A DNA stretch of 64,000 nucleotides from a virus (Duplodnaviria > Caudoviricetes). Of the stretch, positions 1-9,682 are shown piece after piece (the stretch's first letter is position 1; every line of letters starts with the position of its first letter). The notes below the pieces were generated by a model. The model worked only from the letters and a program-made list of their open reading frames with translations, did no database searches and had not been told where the DNA came from. The stretch lies in the IMG/VR virus record IMGVR_UViG_3300029288_000076, positions 122,387 through 186,386 of that record; one strand, given 5' to 3'. The position numbers and the translations under genes are program-made.

Positions 1-42
1 AATCAATTTCTCTAAAATTAGCATTTTTCATTCTTTTCATCT

Positions 43-420
43 TTAATCACCATCATAAATTATTATTATTGGATGAAAATCTTCAGGCATAGGTGGTACT
101 CCATCAAAATGAGTATATATTTTTTCTTTTTGTTTCCATTCATAATAAAAAGTATTTATTTCTCTTATTCTATCATGCATAGTTGCTAAAAGAGGTTTTA
201 TATAATATTGGTCAGGAGTTAAAGAAGAATTCAAATCATTACTCAATGAAATTAGATCTGATTCTTTAATAACATATACTAATTCTTCATCTACTTTTTC
301 CAATGTACATGGCATTGACTTTATCCAAGCCATTTTTGCTGCATAATTATTATCATAATAATTTCTGCATGAGCATAGCATTAAAACAGTAAAAACTAAA
401 ATAGTAATTCTTTTAAACAT
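43..420 (-). CDS. Hypothetical lipoprotein
   Basis: Basic N-terminus, hydrophobic stretch and lipobox-like LMLCSC. Confidence 0.5.
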   Translation of the reverse strand: MFKRITILVFTVLMLCSCRNYYDNNYAAKMAWIKSMPCTLEKVDEELVYVIKESDLISLSNDLNSSLTPDQYYIKPLLATMHDRIREINTFYYEWKQKEKIYTHFDGVPPMPEDFHPIIIIYDGD

Positions 421-421
421 C

Positions 422-970
422 TCATATCCTCTTTAAGTAAATGGCTATTCTTTTTTTAACCTCTAATAAAAGCTTCCTTATTAAAACGTTTTGTTTAAAA
501 TACCAAAAAGATATATATCCATCGTCAATATCTAAATCCCTATAATCTACTGGCCATTTGACAAACTTCCTTAATAGTTTCCCATATATTTTATTAAACA
601 CTCTTGTAATAAAATTAATAAGTTTTACCATTACAGCAATATAATACTTATTTGAATAAGCTAATCCGTCCCAACCAATAAAATCATTATAAGAAGAGCA
701 TTTATAAAGCGTTAAGTGTTTGCTGCTATACTTATTAGAAGGTTTATTACAATTAAAAAATGGACTAGAAAGTAGCCAAACTTTATTATAGAAAAATTTA
801 ATGTCATAATAATCAAAAAGAAGTGTATGAATTGGATTAGCATATGAAACAAGAACACCATACTTATCTTCTTTCTCTATAGCTAGTTTATTAATGCCAT
901 CAATAGCTTCTATATAAATATCTTTTATCCAGCATCTATATTCTCCTACCATCTTGCACCTGTTACCCAA
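422..970 (-). CDS. Hypothetical protein
   Basis: 182-aa ORF packed in the minus-strand gene train. Confidence 0.5.
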   Translation of the reverse strand: MGNRCKMVGEYRCWIKDIYIEAIDGINKLAIEKEDKYGVLVSYANPIHTLLFDYYDIKFFYNKVWLLSSPFFNCNKPSNKYSSKHLTLYKCSSYNDFIGWDGLAYSNKYYIAVMVKLINFITRVFNKIYGKLLRKFVKWPVDYRDLDIDDGYISFWYFKQNVLIRKLLLEVKKRIAIYLKRI

Positions 971-1518
971 TTTGAACTTTTATTTGGGCCTTCATATAAA
1001 AACGCACAATCTTCATGAACAAGTGTTTTTCCATAAATTTTAAAACCTAATCTCAATTCAGGATGAATAGAAGTAATAAGCGAAAAGAATAGATCCGGGC
1101 TCATAGTTTTTCTATTTACAACAGGAATAAGCTTATCAATAGCATAACATTCCCACCTACCAGTTTTAGTATTAAAAATAGGACAATGTGTAGAATGACC
1201 AGATGAGGTATCATAACCTTCACGTTTCAAATCTTCTTGATGATTAAGACATCTACAACCAGAGTTTATAATAATAGGTCCTGGATATTTTTTGTTTTTC
1301 TCAGCCCTTTCATCTTCAAATGATTTAAGAATATAAGGATGGATAATCTGCGACCAATCTACTTCAGCACATTGACGCCTACCATATCTATGGCTACAAC
1401 TGCAGGCTATTTCAGAATAAGTTATGTGATCTGAGACATACCACTTTCCGTTTTTTAAAAAAGCATTTTTAGGCTTATTATTTTCTATCTGAGGATAATT
1501 ATTATATTCATTAATCAA
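946..1518 (-). CDS. Peptidase M15A-like Zn peptidase, candidate endolysin
   Basis: EIACSC, INSGCRC, STH...AID and VHED motifs of the M15A family. Confidence 0.7.
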   Translation of the reverse strand: MINEYNNYPQIENNKPKNAFLKNGKWYVSDHITYSEIACSCSHRYGRRQCAEVDWSQIIHPYILKSFEDERAEKNKKYPGPIIINSGCRCLNHQEDLKREGYDTSSGHSTHCPIFNTKTGRWECYAIDKLIPVVNRKTMSPDLFFSLITSIHPELRLGFKIYGKTLVHEDCAFLYEGPNKSSNWVTGARW

Positions 1519-1700
1519 TTAACTCACCTTTATAATAAGTTAATATACATTCAAAAAATAACCATCCGCAAATGAAACTTATTTCTTTGTCAAGCTCGGC
1601 GTACATAAAATTTAACCTTGGAATAATTTCGCAACTATTTAGATTATAACCATATTCTATAGTCAATCTTTTACAAAATACAAATTCATCCCACCAATCT

Positions 1701-1973
1701 TTAATCATTTTCTTTACTCCTTTCAAATTTATCACAAAAACCGTTTATTTGTGCATAAGCAGGCTGTATTCTATCTAAATAACAATAAATTTCTCCTTCA
1801 CAACCAAAACTTGATTTTTCACAAACATAGCAGCAATCAGGAAATTTAGACAAATTTATCTCTTTATAATTAGATCTAATTTCTTTCATTATTAATAAAC
1901 TTTTCATCAACGTTTTCTTCTGCAGGCATATTATCAATAATAATATATCCATAATCTTGTGGTAACTTAGCAC
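1701..1973 (-). CDS. Small Cys-rich protein (paralogue of 7582..7830); real start probably at the internal MKEIRS
   Basis: KFPDCCYVC...C...CDKFER. Confidence 0.55.
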   Translation of the reverse strand: MLSYHKIMDILLLIICLQKKTLMKSLLIMKEIRSNYKEINLSKFPDCCYVCEKSSFGCEGEIYCYLDRIQPAYAQINGFCDKFERSKEND

Positions 1974-2379
1974 TATATAACTTAAATCTCAAAGGCCAGT
2001 TGTCTCTAAGCATAATCCAATTGGCAACATTATCATTATGATTGATAATATGATTTTGAAGTGTAATAACGTTTTCAGCTCTTTTTATTCCTGTATTATT
2101 TTGTGCAAGATCAGTAATTACACCCGAAGGTACATGATACTCATATTCACCAATAATGTTATTACTAGTAGTATACACCCCAATATTTGTTTTTAGAGCT
2201 TGCATGCTTCCATAATTATTCCAATCACTAGTTTTACCTATACAACTTCCCATTGAACTAAGTAACAATAAAACTGAAAATATTCCACCAAATATCTGCA
2301 TACTATCATTATCAAAAATACAACCAAATATCCAAATAAATAATGCAACAATTCCTAATGTTAAAATAATCCAAACCAT
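1876..2379 (-). CDS. Membrane-anchored hypothetical protein
   Basis: Two N-terminal hydrophobic helices; GGAG RBS upstream. Confidence 0.6.
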   Translation of the reverse strand: MVWIILTLGIVALFIWIFGCIFDNDSMQIFGGIFSVLLLLSSMGSCIGKTSDWNNYGSMQALKTNIGVYTTSNNIIGEYEYHVPSGVITDLAQNNTGIKRAENVITLQNHIINHNDNVANWIMLRDNWPLRFKLYSAKLPQDYGYIIIDNMPAEENVDEKFINNERN

Positions 2380-2538
2380 TTTATTTCTCCTCAGCTATGA
2401 ATATCTTATATTCTTTTTTAAGATCTTGAATTGCTGCTATATATCCTTCCCAATATGTTTTGATATGAACACCAGAATGAATAATTTTTGCTGCTTGTTC
2501 ACACTCTGTCATCCTATCATAAAAAGATCTTTTTTCCA

Positions 2539-2994
2539 TTATTCCTCCCTTAGTATATATTTTCCGTATTTTTCTTCAGCTTCAAAACACTTTTTGCATA
2601 CCTTTCCTGTATAGCCAAAAACAACAAACCTAGACCATTTAATATGATTATTTTGAATCATATCTAAAATAGGTATTTTCTTTCTACATTTTTCACAAAT
2701 ATTTATCCTAGCATATTTACCATAAGTAGCTTTTATCAAAATCCATTTTAATTTTGCTATAAAAAAAGATCTATAACCATTCACATAACCTTCGCAGAGA
2801 CTTGTTTCTCTAACAATTGCATATTTACCAGACACTCCAGAAGTTACTTTATTATTTTTACATAAAGCAAAATTTTTATAAGAACACTCATCCCACCGCC
2901 CATAAACTCTTTTAAAAGATTCTATTACTTCTAGTTCTGATATAAGCGGCGAACTCCTAAGATAACTATGAAAATACTCTGAATATTTTTCCAT
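2539..2994 (-). CDS. Hypothetical protein with two CxxC motifs
   Basis: CEKC...CKKC; coupled to the upstream gene. Confidence 0.5.
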   Translation of the reverse strand: MEKYSEYFHSYLRSSPLISELEVIESFKRVYGRWDECSYKNFALCKNNKVTSGVSGKYAIVRETSLCEGYVNGYRSFFIAKLKWILIKATYGKYARINICEKCRKKIPILDMIQNNHIKWSRFVVFGYTGKVCKKCFEAEEKYGKYILREE

Positions 2995-3153
2995 TATTCC
3001 TCCTCTATACTTATTTCATTCAAGCGTTTAATAGCATTTTGATAAATTTCTGGCGAAACATATCTTTTGAATTCTTGCAAAAGATAATTAAACTGATCTG
3101 AAAGCAATTGAACTCTTCTTAGCATATTATCATAATTATCATAATTATCTTTC

Positions 3154-3396
3154 TCAATCATTTTCAACCTCCTCCTCAACAGCGTGAGAAACTTCAAAAG
3201 GATTTATATAATGAATAATTTTTTCAGATTCTTTTATCATAATAAATGGGCAGTTAAAGTCAAGAAGTTCTATCCCCTCAGTAGATTCAACTTCAAATGG
3301 AATCTTATCCTCAATCCAACTAATATTTATTTTATATTTCTTTTTCTTCTTTGATTTTTCTGAAATACTAACTATATTATCCTTTTTGTTTTCCAA
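3154..3396 (-). CDS. Hypothetical protein
   Basis: Starts immediately after the dehydrogenase stop, with GGAGG RBS. Confidence 0.5.
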   Translation of the reverse strand: MENKKDNIVSISEKSKKKKKYKINISWIEDKIPFEVESTEGIELLDFNCPFIMIKESEKIIHYINPFEVSHAVEEEVEND

Positions 3397-4731
3397 TTAT
3401 AGTCCTCCCTTTCCTATTGCTTTGTATAAAAATCCTAACTCTGTTACTTTAACAGAATCAAAAACATTTCTTCCATCTACAATTATAAAAGTATTCATCA
3501 AACCTTTAATATCTTCAAGATCAATAGCTAGATATTCTTTATGCTTAGTAGCTACTACCAAGGCATCAGAATCTTTCAAAGCAGTTTTAATGTTATTTGT
3601 TAAATTAACACCATGAAATTCTTTTACATAAGGATCATGGACTATAACTTCCGAACCTAAAGATAATAATTGATGAACCAAATCATAAGTAGGACTATTT
3701 CTAATGTCATCTGAATTTTCAAGATAAGCAGCTCCCAGTATAGCTACTTTTATATTGGTAAAACGTTTCTCTTTAATTGTTAAGCATTCATATAGTAAAC
3801 TAATGATATGATGAGGCATAGAATTATTAATACTTCTTGCTAACTCTACGAATTGAGTATGAACAGTTTTCTTTCCATATAACTTAAGACCATATAGCAA
3901 TAACCAAGTATCTTTTGGAAGACAGTGGCCACCAACTCCAGTTCCTGGCAAATGCATCATTCTCTCAGATCTAGTATTTATAAGCTCTTGTACTTCATAC
4001 ACATTAATTCCAAGACTTTCACAAATTAAAGCCATTTCATTTGCAAAAGCTATATTAACGTCCCTATAAGCATTTTCAATAGTTTTTGTAGCTTCAGCTG
4101 TTTTTATATTTGTAGTATAAATTGGAGCCTTTATTATTGATGAATATAGCTTCTTAGCTCTATATTCACTTTCTTTATCAAACCCACCTACTATTCTTGG
4201 AAGTTCTTTTATAGATTGTAATAGCTTTCCGGGCATTAGTCTTTCAAATGAATAAGCCAATAAAAAATCTTTTCCTGCTTTTAAACCTGTTTGCTCTATA
4301 ATTGGTATTATTATGTTTTCAGTAGTTCCTGGAGCAAGAGTAGATTCTATAATTATAAGCGCTCCTGACTTCATCTTCCAACTCATTTCATGAATTGCTT
4401 CTTTAAGATCAATATAATCTGGTTCATTATATTGATTTACTGGAGTTTGAACGCAAATTATAATAATATCTCTGTCACTTAATCTTGAATAATCATCAGT
4501 AGCATAAAAAGACTTTTTATCCACAACTCTTTTAATTAATTCTGCTAATTCAGGCTCATCACCATTTATAGTAGATTCACCAGCATTAAGTGTTTTTATC
4601 TTCCATTCACTATTCTTTGCTCCTTTCTCTAAACCTACAACATGATTGTCTTCAACATCAGCTAATAATGCTGCGCACGGGAGACCAACATATCCCATTC
4701 CTATTACTGCTATTTTTACTTGATTGTTCAT
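3397..4731 (-). CDS. UDP-N-acetylhexosamine 6-dehydrogenase (WecC/WbpA family nucleotide-sugar dehydrogenase)
   Basis: GMGYVG Rossmann motif, CVQTP, IESTLAPGTT, ENAYRDVNIAFANE, catalytic GGHCLPKD, DGRN. Confidence 0.92.
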   Translation of the reverse strand: MNNQVKIAVIGMGYVGLPCAALLADVEDNHVVGLEKGAKNSEWKIKTLNAGESTINGDEPELAELIKRVVDKKSFYATDDYSRLSDRDIIIICVQTPVNQYNEPDYIDLKEAIHEMSWKMKSGALIIIESTLAPGTTENIIIPIIEQTGLKAGKDFLLAYSFERLMPGKLLQSIKELPRIVGGFDKESEYRAKKLYSSIIKAPIYTTNIKTAEATKTIENAYRDVNIAFANEMALICESLGINVYEVQELINTRSERMMHLPGTGVGGHCLPKDTWLLLYGLKLYGKKTVHTQFVELARSINNSMPHHIISLLYECLTIKEKRFTNIKVAILGAAYLENSDDIRNSPTYDLVHQLLSLGSEVIVHDPYVKEFHGVNLTNNIKTALKDSDALVVATKHKEYLAIDLEDIKGLMNTFIIVDGRNVFDSVKVTELGFLYKAIGKGGL

Positions 4732-4734
4732 ACT

Positions 4735-6579
4735 TTAATGAATCACATTACTAAATTGACCTTCCCTACGAACAGTCAACTTGTCAGGAACTAAAGGATC
4801 AAGCAAAGAATTGTGATTAACTAAGAAAATAGAATTTAATCCACCTTCTTCTGCTAATTTATTTTTTAACAAAGAAATTACAGCTTCGCACCCACTTAAA
4901 TCAAGAAACGAAAACGTTTCATCAAGAATTAAAACGTTACTTTTATTTGTAGTAACTAGATCTCTAAGAGCAAAAAGAACAGACAAATTCAACCTTGTTT
5001 TTTCACCACCAGAAAGAGATTGGTAATCATATTCAATTCCATCAATACTGATATTAAATGAAATCTTTTCTCTTTCCTCCCCAGACTTAAGTATAGCTTT
5101 ATTAGAAAATAAAACTTCTATATTTGTATAACCTATTTCACTAAGATAGAAATTAATTTGTTGGTTAAAAACGTCAATTATATTATCCAAAATAAAACTA
5201 CGTATTCCTTTTTTCCCAAAAGATTTTTCCCAAAAAGAAAGTATCTTTCTGTCTTCAATATACTTCTTTTCTTTTTTCTCTTCTTCATCAACTTCATCAG
5301 CTAATTTAACAAGATCTTTTTGTATTTTCTCGATATCTTTTTCTAAATTAGGGATAGTTAAGTCTTTCTCGTTTATTCTACTTTCAAGGTCTTTTAACCT
5401 TGATGTTAGATTATCAATTTCTTTTTGTTTTAATTTAACATCATTTTTTAACTTTTCTTGATTTCTAAAAGACTCTCTCGCTTGCTTTTCTAGCTTTACT
5501 ACTTCTTCATTTAGGCCAGCCAACTCCTTTTTCATTTCAGTTTGACTAAGATTGTTATCAGCCAGCTCGGCTTTAATAGGAATAAGTAACTCTTCAAAAG
5601 AATTTATAAGCTCTTCTTTATTAGCTTCAAATACTGAACCACAAGTTGGACATTCTCCAGCATTAATGACTTTAATTTTATCTATATATTTCCTTTGTTC
5701 TCCTTCTAGCTTTATTTCTTCTCTTTCAGCAGAAAGTAATTTTGTTTTTATCTTTTCAACTTCTTCTTTTTTCTTTTCAACTTTATCATCATTATTTTCA
5801 TCATACTCTAAATTACTTAAATTAAATTGTAACTTTTCAAGTTCAGAATACAATGGCTTTAAAGCAACATTTATTTTATCTTTTTCTCCTTTTAATTCCC
5901 AATGCTTTTGTTTTTGAATCTCTTCATAAGCTTCTTTGTTTTTTTCTAGCACATCAAGATTTTCTATATAAGCCTTTAATCTTGTATTTAGATCTTTCAC
6001 CACATATTTTGATTCATTCAAAAGTATATCAATGTTTTTAATATCAAGATCTACTTTACTACGACCAATTTCAAACTTTATAAGATTTAGAATCTTGTCA
6101 AACAAATCTTTTTGATTTGCGTCTGTTGAATCAATAAAGAAGCTTGCTCCTTCTTGAGAAATATAAGAAAGAATTTGAAAAATTTCTTGTGAAATATTTA
6201 AGCGCTCATAAAGAACTGCTTCTGTTTCTTTAATAGTTTTTTTCTGAAATTCTTTTTGACCTTTTCGTAAAATAAGATTATTTCCAAATTGAGAATGCTT
6301 TCTATAACGCTCAACAATCAGACCATCATCAAATTCTACAGTCGCAATACAATCTTTATCGATTACTTTATTAACTACAGAATCTCCTGAAATGCCTTTT
6401 GTTGTGGTTCCAAAAAGACAAAAGAAGATAGCTTCAGATAAAGATGTTTTTCCTACCCCATTAGAAGTAAAAAATCTATCTTCCGATTCACCAACAATCT
6501 GAACTAATCCTTGGCCTTTTAGATTAACTTCAAAATCTTTAAAGCACATAAAGTTCTGAGCTGAAACTTTAGAGAACAT
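4735..6579 (-). CDS. sbcC: SbcC/Rad50/gp46-like ABC ATPase
   Basis: NGVGKT Walker A, coiled coils, CPTC zinc hook, LSGGE signature, LILDE Walker B. Confidence 0.93.
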   Translation of the reverse strand: MFSKVSAQNFMCFKDFEVNLKGQGLVQIVGESEDRFFTSNGVGKTSLSEAIFFCLFGTTTKGISGDSVVNKVIDKDCIATVEFDDGLIVERYRKHSQFGNNLILRKGQKEFQKKTIKETEAVLYERLNISQEIFQILSYISQEGASFFIDSTDANQKDLFDKILNLIKFEIGRSKVDLDIKNIDILLNESKYVVKDLNTRLKAYIENLDVLEKNKEAYEEIQKQKHWELKGEKDKINVALKPLYSELEKLQFNLSNLEYDENNDDKVEKKKEEVEKIKTKLLSAEREEIKLEGEQRKYIDKIKVINAGECPTCGSVFEANKEELINSFEELLIPIKAELADNNLSQTEMKKELAGLNEEVVKLEKQARESFRNQEKLKNDVKLKQKEIDNLTSRLKDLESRINEKDLTIPNLEKDIEKIQKDLVKLADEVDEEEKKEKKYIEDRKILSFWEKSFGKKGIRSFILDNIIDVFNQQINFYLSEIGYTNIEVLFSNKAILKSGEEREKISFNISIDGIEYDYQSLSGGEKTRLNLSVLFALRDLVTTNKSNVLILDETFSFLDLSGCEAVISLLKNKLAEEGGLNSIFLVNHNSLLDPLVPDKLTVRREGQFSNVIH

Positions 6580-6604
6580 AAATCAAACCTTTAAAACATA
6601 TAAA

Positions 6605-6859
6605 TTATCCAGCATATCTACTTCTTAATTCTTTGCCTTTATCAAAAGCAGCATCCCATTTTTTAATTTTATTATTCTCATCTATCACTCTGCGATTATC
6701 ATATTTATAATTTCTATATTCATCTGGTTTACACCAAGTGCATGGAATAGCTTTACCAGCCTCTTTCATTCTACTATCATAACAAAAACCTGGTGGAGTA
6801 GAACAAATAAAAGTCGTTATACAAATTCCAGTATCATGACATTGATTACACTTATACAT
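6605..6859 (-). CDS. Small Zn-finger-like hypothetical protein
   Basis: CNQCHDTG...PCTWC. Confidence 0.5.
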   Translation of the reverse strand: MYKCNQCHDTGICITTFICSTPPGFCYDSRMKEAGKAIPCTWCKPDEYRNYKYDNRRVIDENNKIKKWDAAFDKGKELRSRYAG

Positions 6860-7085
6860 TTTTCACCTCAACATCAAAATTATAAAGAATAGATTCTTTT
6901 TCTTTATCTGGAAGTTCTTCTAATTCATCTTGATCATAGCTTTCAAGATATAATTCAGTTGCTTCTTTAAGATTATATTTAGCATCTTGAATAGTAATAC
7001 CTTGAGAAACTATATCGACTTCAAGACATCTAGCTACATAATACTTATCTTCTTTTGTTATTACTCCAGTTAATACTTTTTTCAT
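6852..7085 (-). CDS. hicB: HicB-family antitoxin-like protein (short, orphan)
   Basis: KEDKYYVARCLEVDIVSQG.TIQDAKYNLKEATELYLE is the typical HicB N-terminal pattern. Confidence 0.8.
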   Translation of the reverse strand: MKKVLTGVITKEDKYYVARCLEVDIVSQGITIQDAKYNLKEATELYLESYDQDELEELPDKEKESILYNFDVEVKNV

Positions 7086-7111
7086 TTCATATCCTTTTTA
7101 AAAAGACAGAA

Positions 7112-7250
7112 GAAGTTGCTTTAGCAAATGACAACAATAAAAAATAATTGACCGTAGCATTTAAAACCTAACAATACTCAACAAAATATTTTGTTTGTTT
7201 TTGGTCACAATGTTTTTCCGGCAGGCATAACCTGATACTAAAGCAACTTC
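7112..7250 (-). ncRNA. Candidate structured RNA closed by a perfect 13-bp stem
   Basis: GAAGTTGCTTTAG (7112-7124) and CTAAAGCAACTTC (7238-7250); inner TGACC/GGTCA and AACAAAATATTTTGTT; no ORF. Confidence 0.5.
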
Positions 7251-7257
7251 CTACTTC

Positions 7258-7551
7258 CTACTTAAGAGACTCAAGCAGGCTGTCTATATCATATACAATT
7301 TTTACTTTTGTTTTAGCGTTGACTTCTTTTAAAGAAGCGTCTGCCTCAAAAAGAAATTTTCTAAGTTCAACTATTTTTTCATCTACTTTTTTAACATCAT
7401 ACAATGGCTCAGAAACTTTTTCTGTGTCACCATAATAATGCTCTTTTTTTGATACTTCACCTCTAAGAGCAATAAGCTCATTAAGACGCTGACGAACATT
7501 TGTCATTACAACTAAAAGACGATTTACAGTAACTTCCTTCACTTCAGCCAT
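7258..7551 (-). CDS. Coiled-coil hypothetical protein, reminiscent of the DIP1984/DUF6847-like family
   Basis: Helix-EPLYDV-helix-NAKTKV architecture recalled from that family; AGGAG RBS. Confidence 0.45.
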   Translation of the reverse strand: MAEVKEVTVNRLLVVMTNVRQRLNELIALRGEVSKKEHYYGDTEKVSEPLYDVKKVDEKIVELRKFLFEADASLKEVNAKTKVKIVYDIDSLLESLK

Positions 7552-7581
7552 TAATTGTCTCCTAAATAATAATATACTTTT

Positions 7582-7830
7582 TTATCGTTGTCTATAAAAA
7601 ATATTTAAATCACATCTTTCGAATAAATTACAAGTAGTCCAAATTTTTGAATATTCACCAATATTTTTATGTTCATGATTACAGCAAATTTCCCAATCAT
7701 ATTCAACATCAGCAAATTTACAAACAAAACAACAATCTGGGAACTTGTTGCTATCAACATCCCTAAAATTTCTTTGGCAAACAATCATTTTTATATTATA
7801 ACTCCTGTAAATACTTTTTTCATTTTTCAC
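7582..7830 (-). CDS. Small Cys-rich protein
   Basis: KFPDCCFVC...CC...CNLFER. Confidence 0.55.
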   Translation of the reverse strand: MKNEKSIYRSYNIKMIVCQRNFRDVDSNKFPDCCFVCKFADVEYDWEICCNHEHKNIGEYSKIWTTCNLFERCDLNIFYRQR

Positions 7831-8171
7831 TTCTCCTTAGCATATTTAATACTATCAAGAAAAATTTCAATAGCATAATCTATAGAACTTTTTGATTCTT
7901 TATTTCTCGTTACATACTCTGGAAGATCAATATCAAAAGGTATACATAAGCAAGAAGGATAATCTTTATTACAAACACTACACCATATAAAACTTTCATA
8001 TTCAGACCAATGTAAGCGCTCGTCAAAATTACCATCAGTAACTAAATCGTATTTACAAATTGGACAATGATAGCCAAGCTCGCAAGGTTGATCAAAAGGA
8101 ATTACGCCTTCTATTTTCCTTTTACCAACTATTTCTTCTGCTCTTTTATTTATAGAATATTCTTTAATAAT
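7827..8171 (-). CDS. Unannotated 114-aa Cys-rich protein starting at ATT
   Basis: Open frame IIKEYSINKRAEEIVGKRKIEGVIPFDQPCELGYHCPIC...WCSVCNKDYPSCLC...AKEK*; AAGGAG upstream; ATT overlaps the preceding TAA. Confidence 0.7.
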   Translation of the reverse strand: MIKEYSINKRAEEIVGKRKIEGVIPFDQPCELGYHCPICKYDLVTDGNFDERLHWSEYESFIWCSVCNKDYPSCLCIPFDIDLPEYVTRNKESKSSIDYAIEIFLDSIKYAKEK

Positions 8172-8404
8172 TAGCTTTTCTCCTTTATAAGCATCAAATC
8201 TTTATAGAAATCATTTTGCCTTTCTATAAAACTATTAGAAAACATTCCTGATTCAAACCCGCAACCACATTCAACTAAATACATTTTACAATCTGGACAA
8301 TAATATTCTATAGCAGAACAATATGGTGTAGGACATGACCAATAATTATGTTGGACTTTATTTTTATGCTCTACTTCACAATTATCATCTGGATCATATT
8401 TCAT
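8171..8404 (-). CDS. Small Cys-rich hypothetical protein
   Basis: CPTPYC, CPDC, CGC. Confidence 0.55.
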   Translation of the reverse strand: MKYDPDDNCEVEHKNKVQHNYWSCPTPYCSAIEYYCPDCKMYLVECGCGFESGMFSNSFIERQNDFYKDLMLIKEKS

Positions 8405-9465
8405 TCCAAATACTCCAACCCTTTTTTAAGTAACTTTTCTTTATTTTGCTTAACCCATTCATCATTTTTGCTTACAAAATTAAGATAATTTTCCAGTACT
8501 TTTTTGTTATCGCTTAGATCTTCAGTTTGAATTCTAACTGCAGAAATTTTTTTGTCTGGTTTCAAATCAACAACAACATTTTTATTTTTATCTTTATATT
8601 CCGTTTGGCTAAGTTCTTTCCATAACTCTTTTGAAGCTTTTACCTTAACAAAACTCTCGTCTATATTTGTAGGCTGAACACCTTTTTCACAAACTATTTC
8701 TATTTCACCATCATCTTTTTCTATATAATCAAGTGTATGAAATTCTGGGTGTTGAGTTGGAATATATTCAATAGATAAATCATCATATAAAACAGAAAAA
8801 TATTTTTTAATTCCTTCATCTCCAAAATCTTTTTGAGCAATAGAACCTGGAAAAATAACATCTTGGCAAATCTGCTTAGTATGAATATGACCAGAAACAA
8901 TCATTTTGAATTTCTTAAACAGCTTTTCAGGATCAATATTGTCTTTAGCTTTTATCAATTCATAATTACCAACTACAACTCCCGGGACAGATTGGTGAAT
9001 AAAAATTACATCTCCTTCTCTACTAATATTAGAAATACTATCTCCATCAGAAACATAAGGATGAAAAGCTATTTTTAATCCACCAATAATACAATCATGA
9101 AAATTTTCATAAAGCCATATACCTGGAATATTATAGAAAGAATGTAATACACTATCTTCAAAATAAGAAAAATAGTCATGATTACCAGGAAACAAATGTA
9201 AATCAATATTTCTTGGTTTATTTTTAAATAAATCGTAAACATCATTAAACAAAACTGTTTTCACAACTTCCGAAGAATTAAAAATATCGCCAAGGAAAAT
9301 TATATTCCCAATATTATTCTCTTTAGCATAATCGAATATTCTTGCTACTTCATTAATCAGAAGTTGAGCGCGAGAATTTTTTCCATTATCAAGCTGCTTA
9401 TTGAACTTAGCATACAAGTCAAAATGAATGTCCCCAATAATTACTGCTACAAGTTGTTTACTCAT
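8401..9465 (-). CDS. sbcD: SbcD/Mre11/gp47-like nuclease
   Basis: GDIH, LGDIF, GNHD, GHIH, PGS metallophosphoesterase motifs; sbcC nearby. Confidence 0.9.
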   Translation of the reverse strand: MSKQLVAVIIGDIHFDLYAKFNKQLDNGKNSRAQLLINEVARIFDYAKENNIGNIIFLGDIFNSSEVVKTVLFNDVYDLFKNKPRNIDLHLFPGNHDYFSYFEDSVLHSFYNIPGIWLYENFHDCIIGGLKIAFHPYVSDGDSISNISREGDVIFIHQSVPGVVVGNYELIKAKDNIDPEKLFKKFKMIVSGHIHTKQICQDVIFPGSIAQKDFGDEGIKKYFSVLYDDLSIEYIPTQHPEFHTLDYIEKDDGEIEIVCEKGVQPTNIDESFVKVKASKELWKELSQTEYKDKNKNVVVDLKPDKKISAVRIQTEDLSDNKKVLENYLNFVSKNDEWVKQNKEKLLKKGLEYLE

Positions 9466-9653
9466 CTAATAATTCCTTAAATAAAGAACAATAAGGTTTA
9501 TTATATTCTTTAAGCCTAAAAAGAAGTTCATGTTCACCATATTTACCTAGATACTTATATGCATTTGATTTTAACGTTGTTATTAATCTAAAAGATAGGC
9601 ATTCGTCTCTAATACATTGCTTACCAGTATTTGGACAACATTTAATCTTATTC

Positions 9654-9675
9654 ATACTATATTATATTTTAAAAA
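9654..9675 (-). promoter_or_regulatory. Conserved phage promoter-like motif TTTTTAAAATATAATATAGTAT
   Basis: Identical 22 bp at 32886-32907; contains TATAAT. Confidence 0.6.
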
Positions 9676-9682
9676 TACTGTC

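Noticed and set aside
7236-7246. 11-nt match (TACTAAAGCAA) between the putative TnpB guide region (25171-25181, minus) and the 7.2-kb stem
   Set aside because: Short, AT-rich and not at the guide 5' end; plausible by chance in 64 kb
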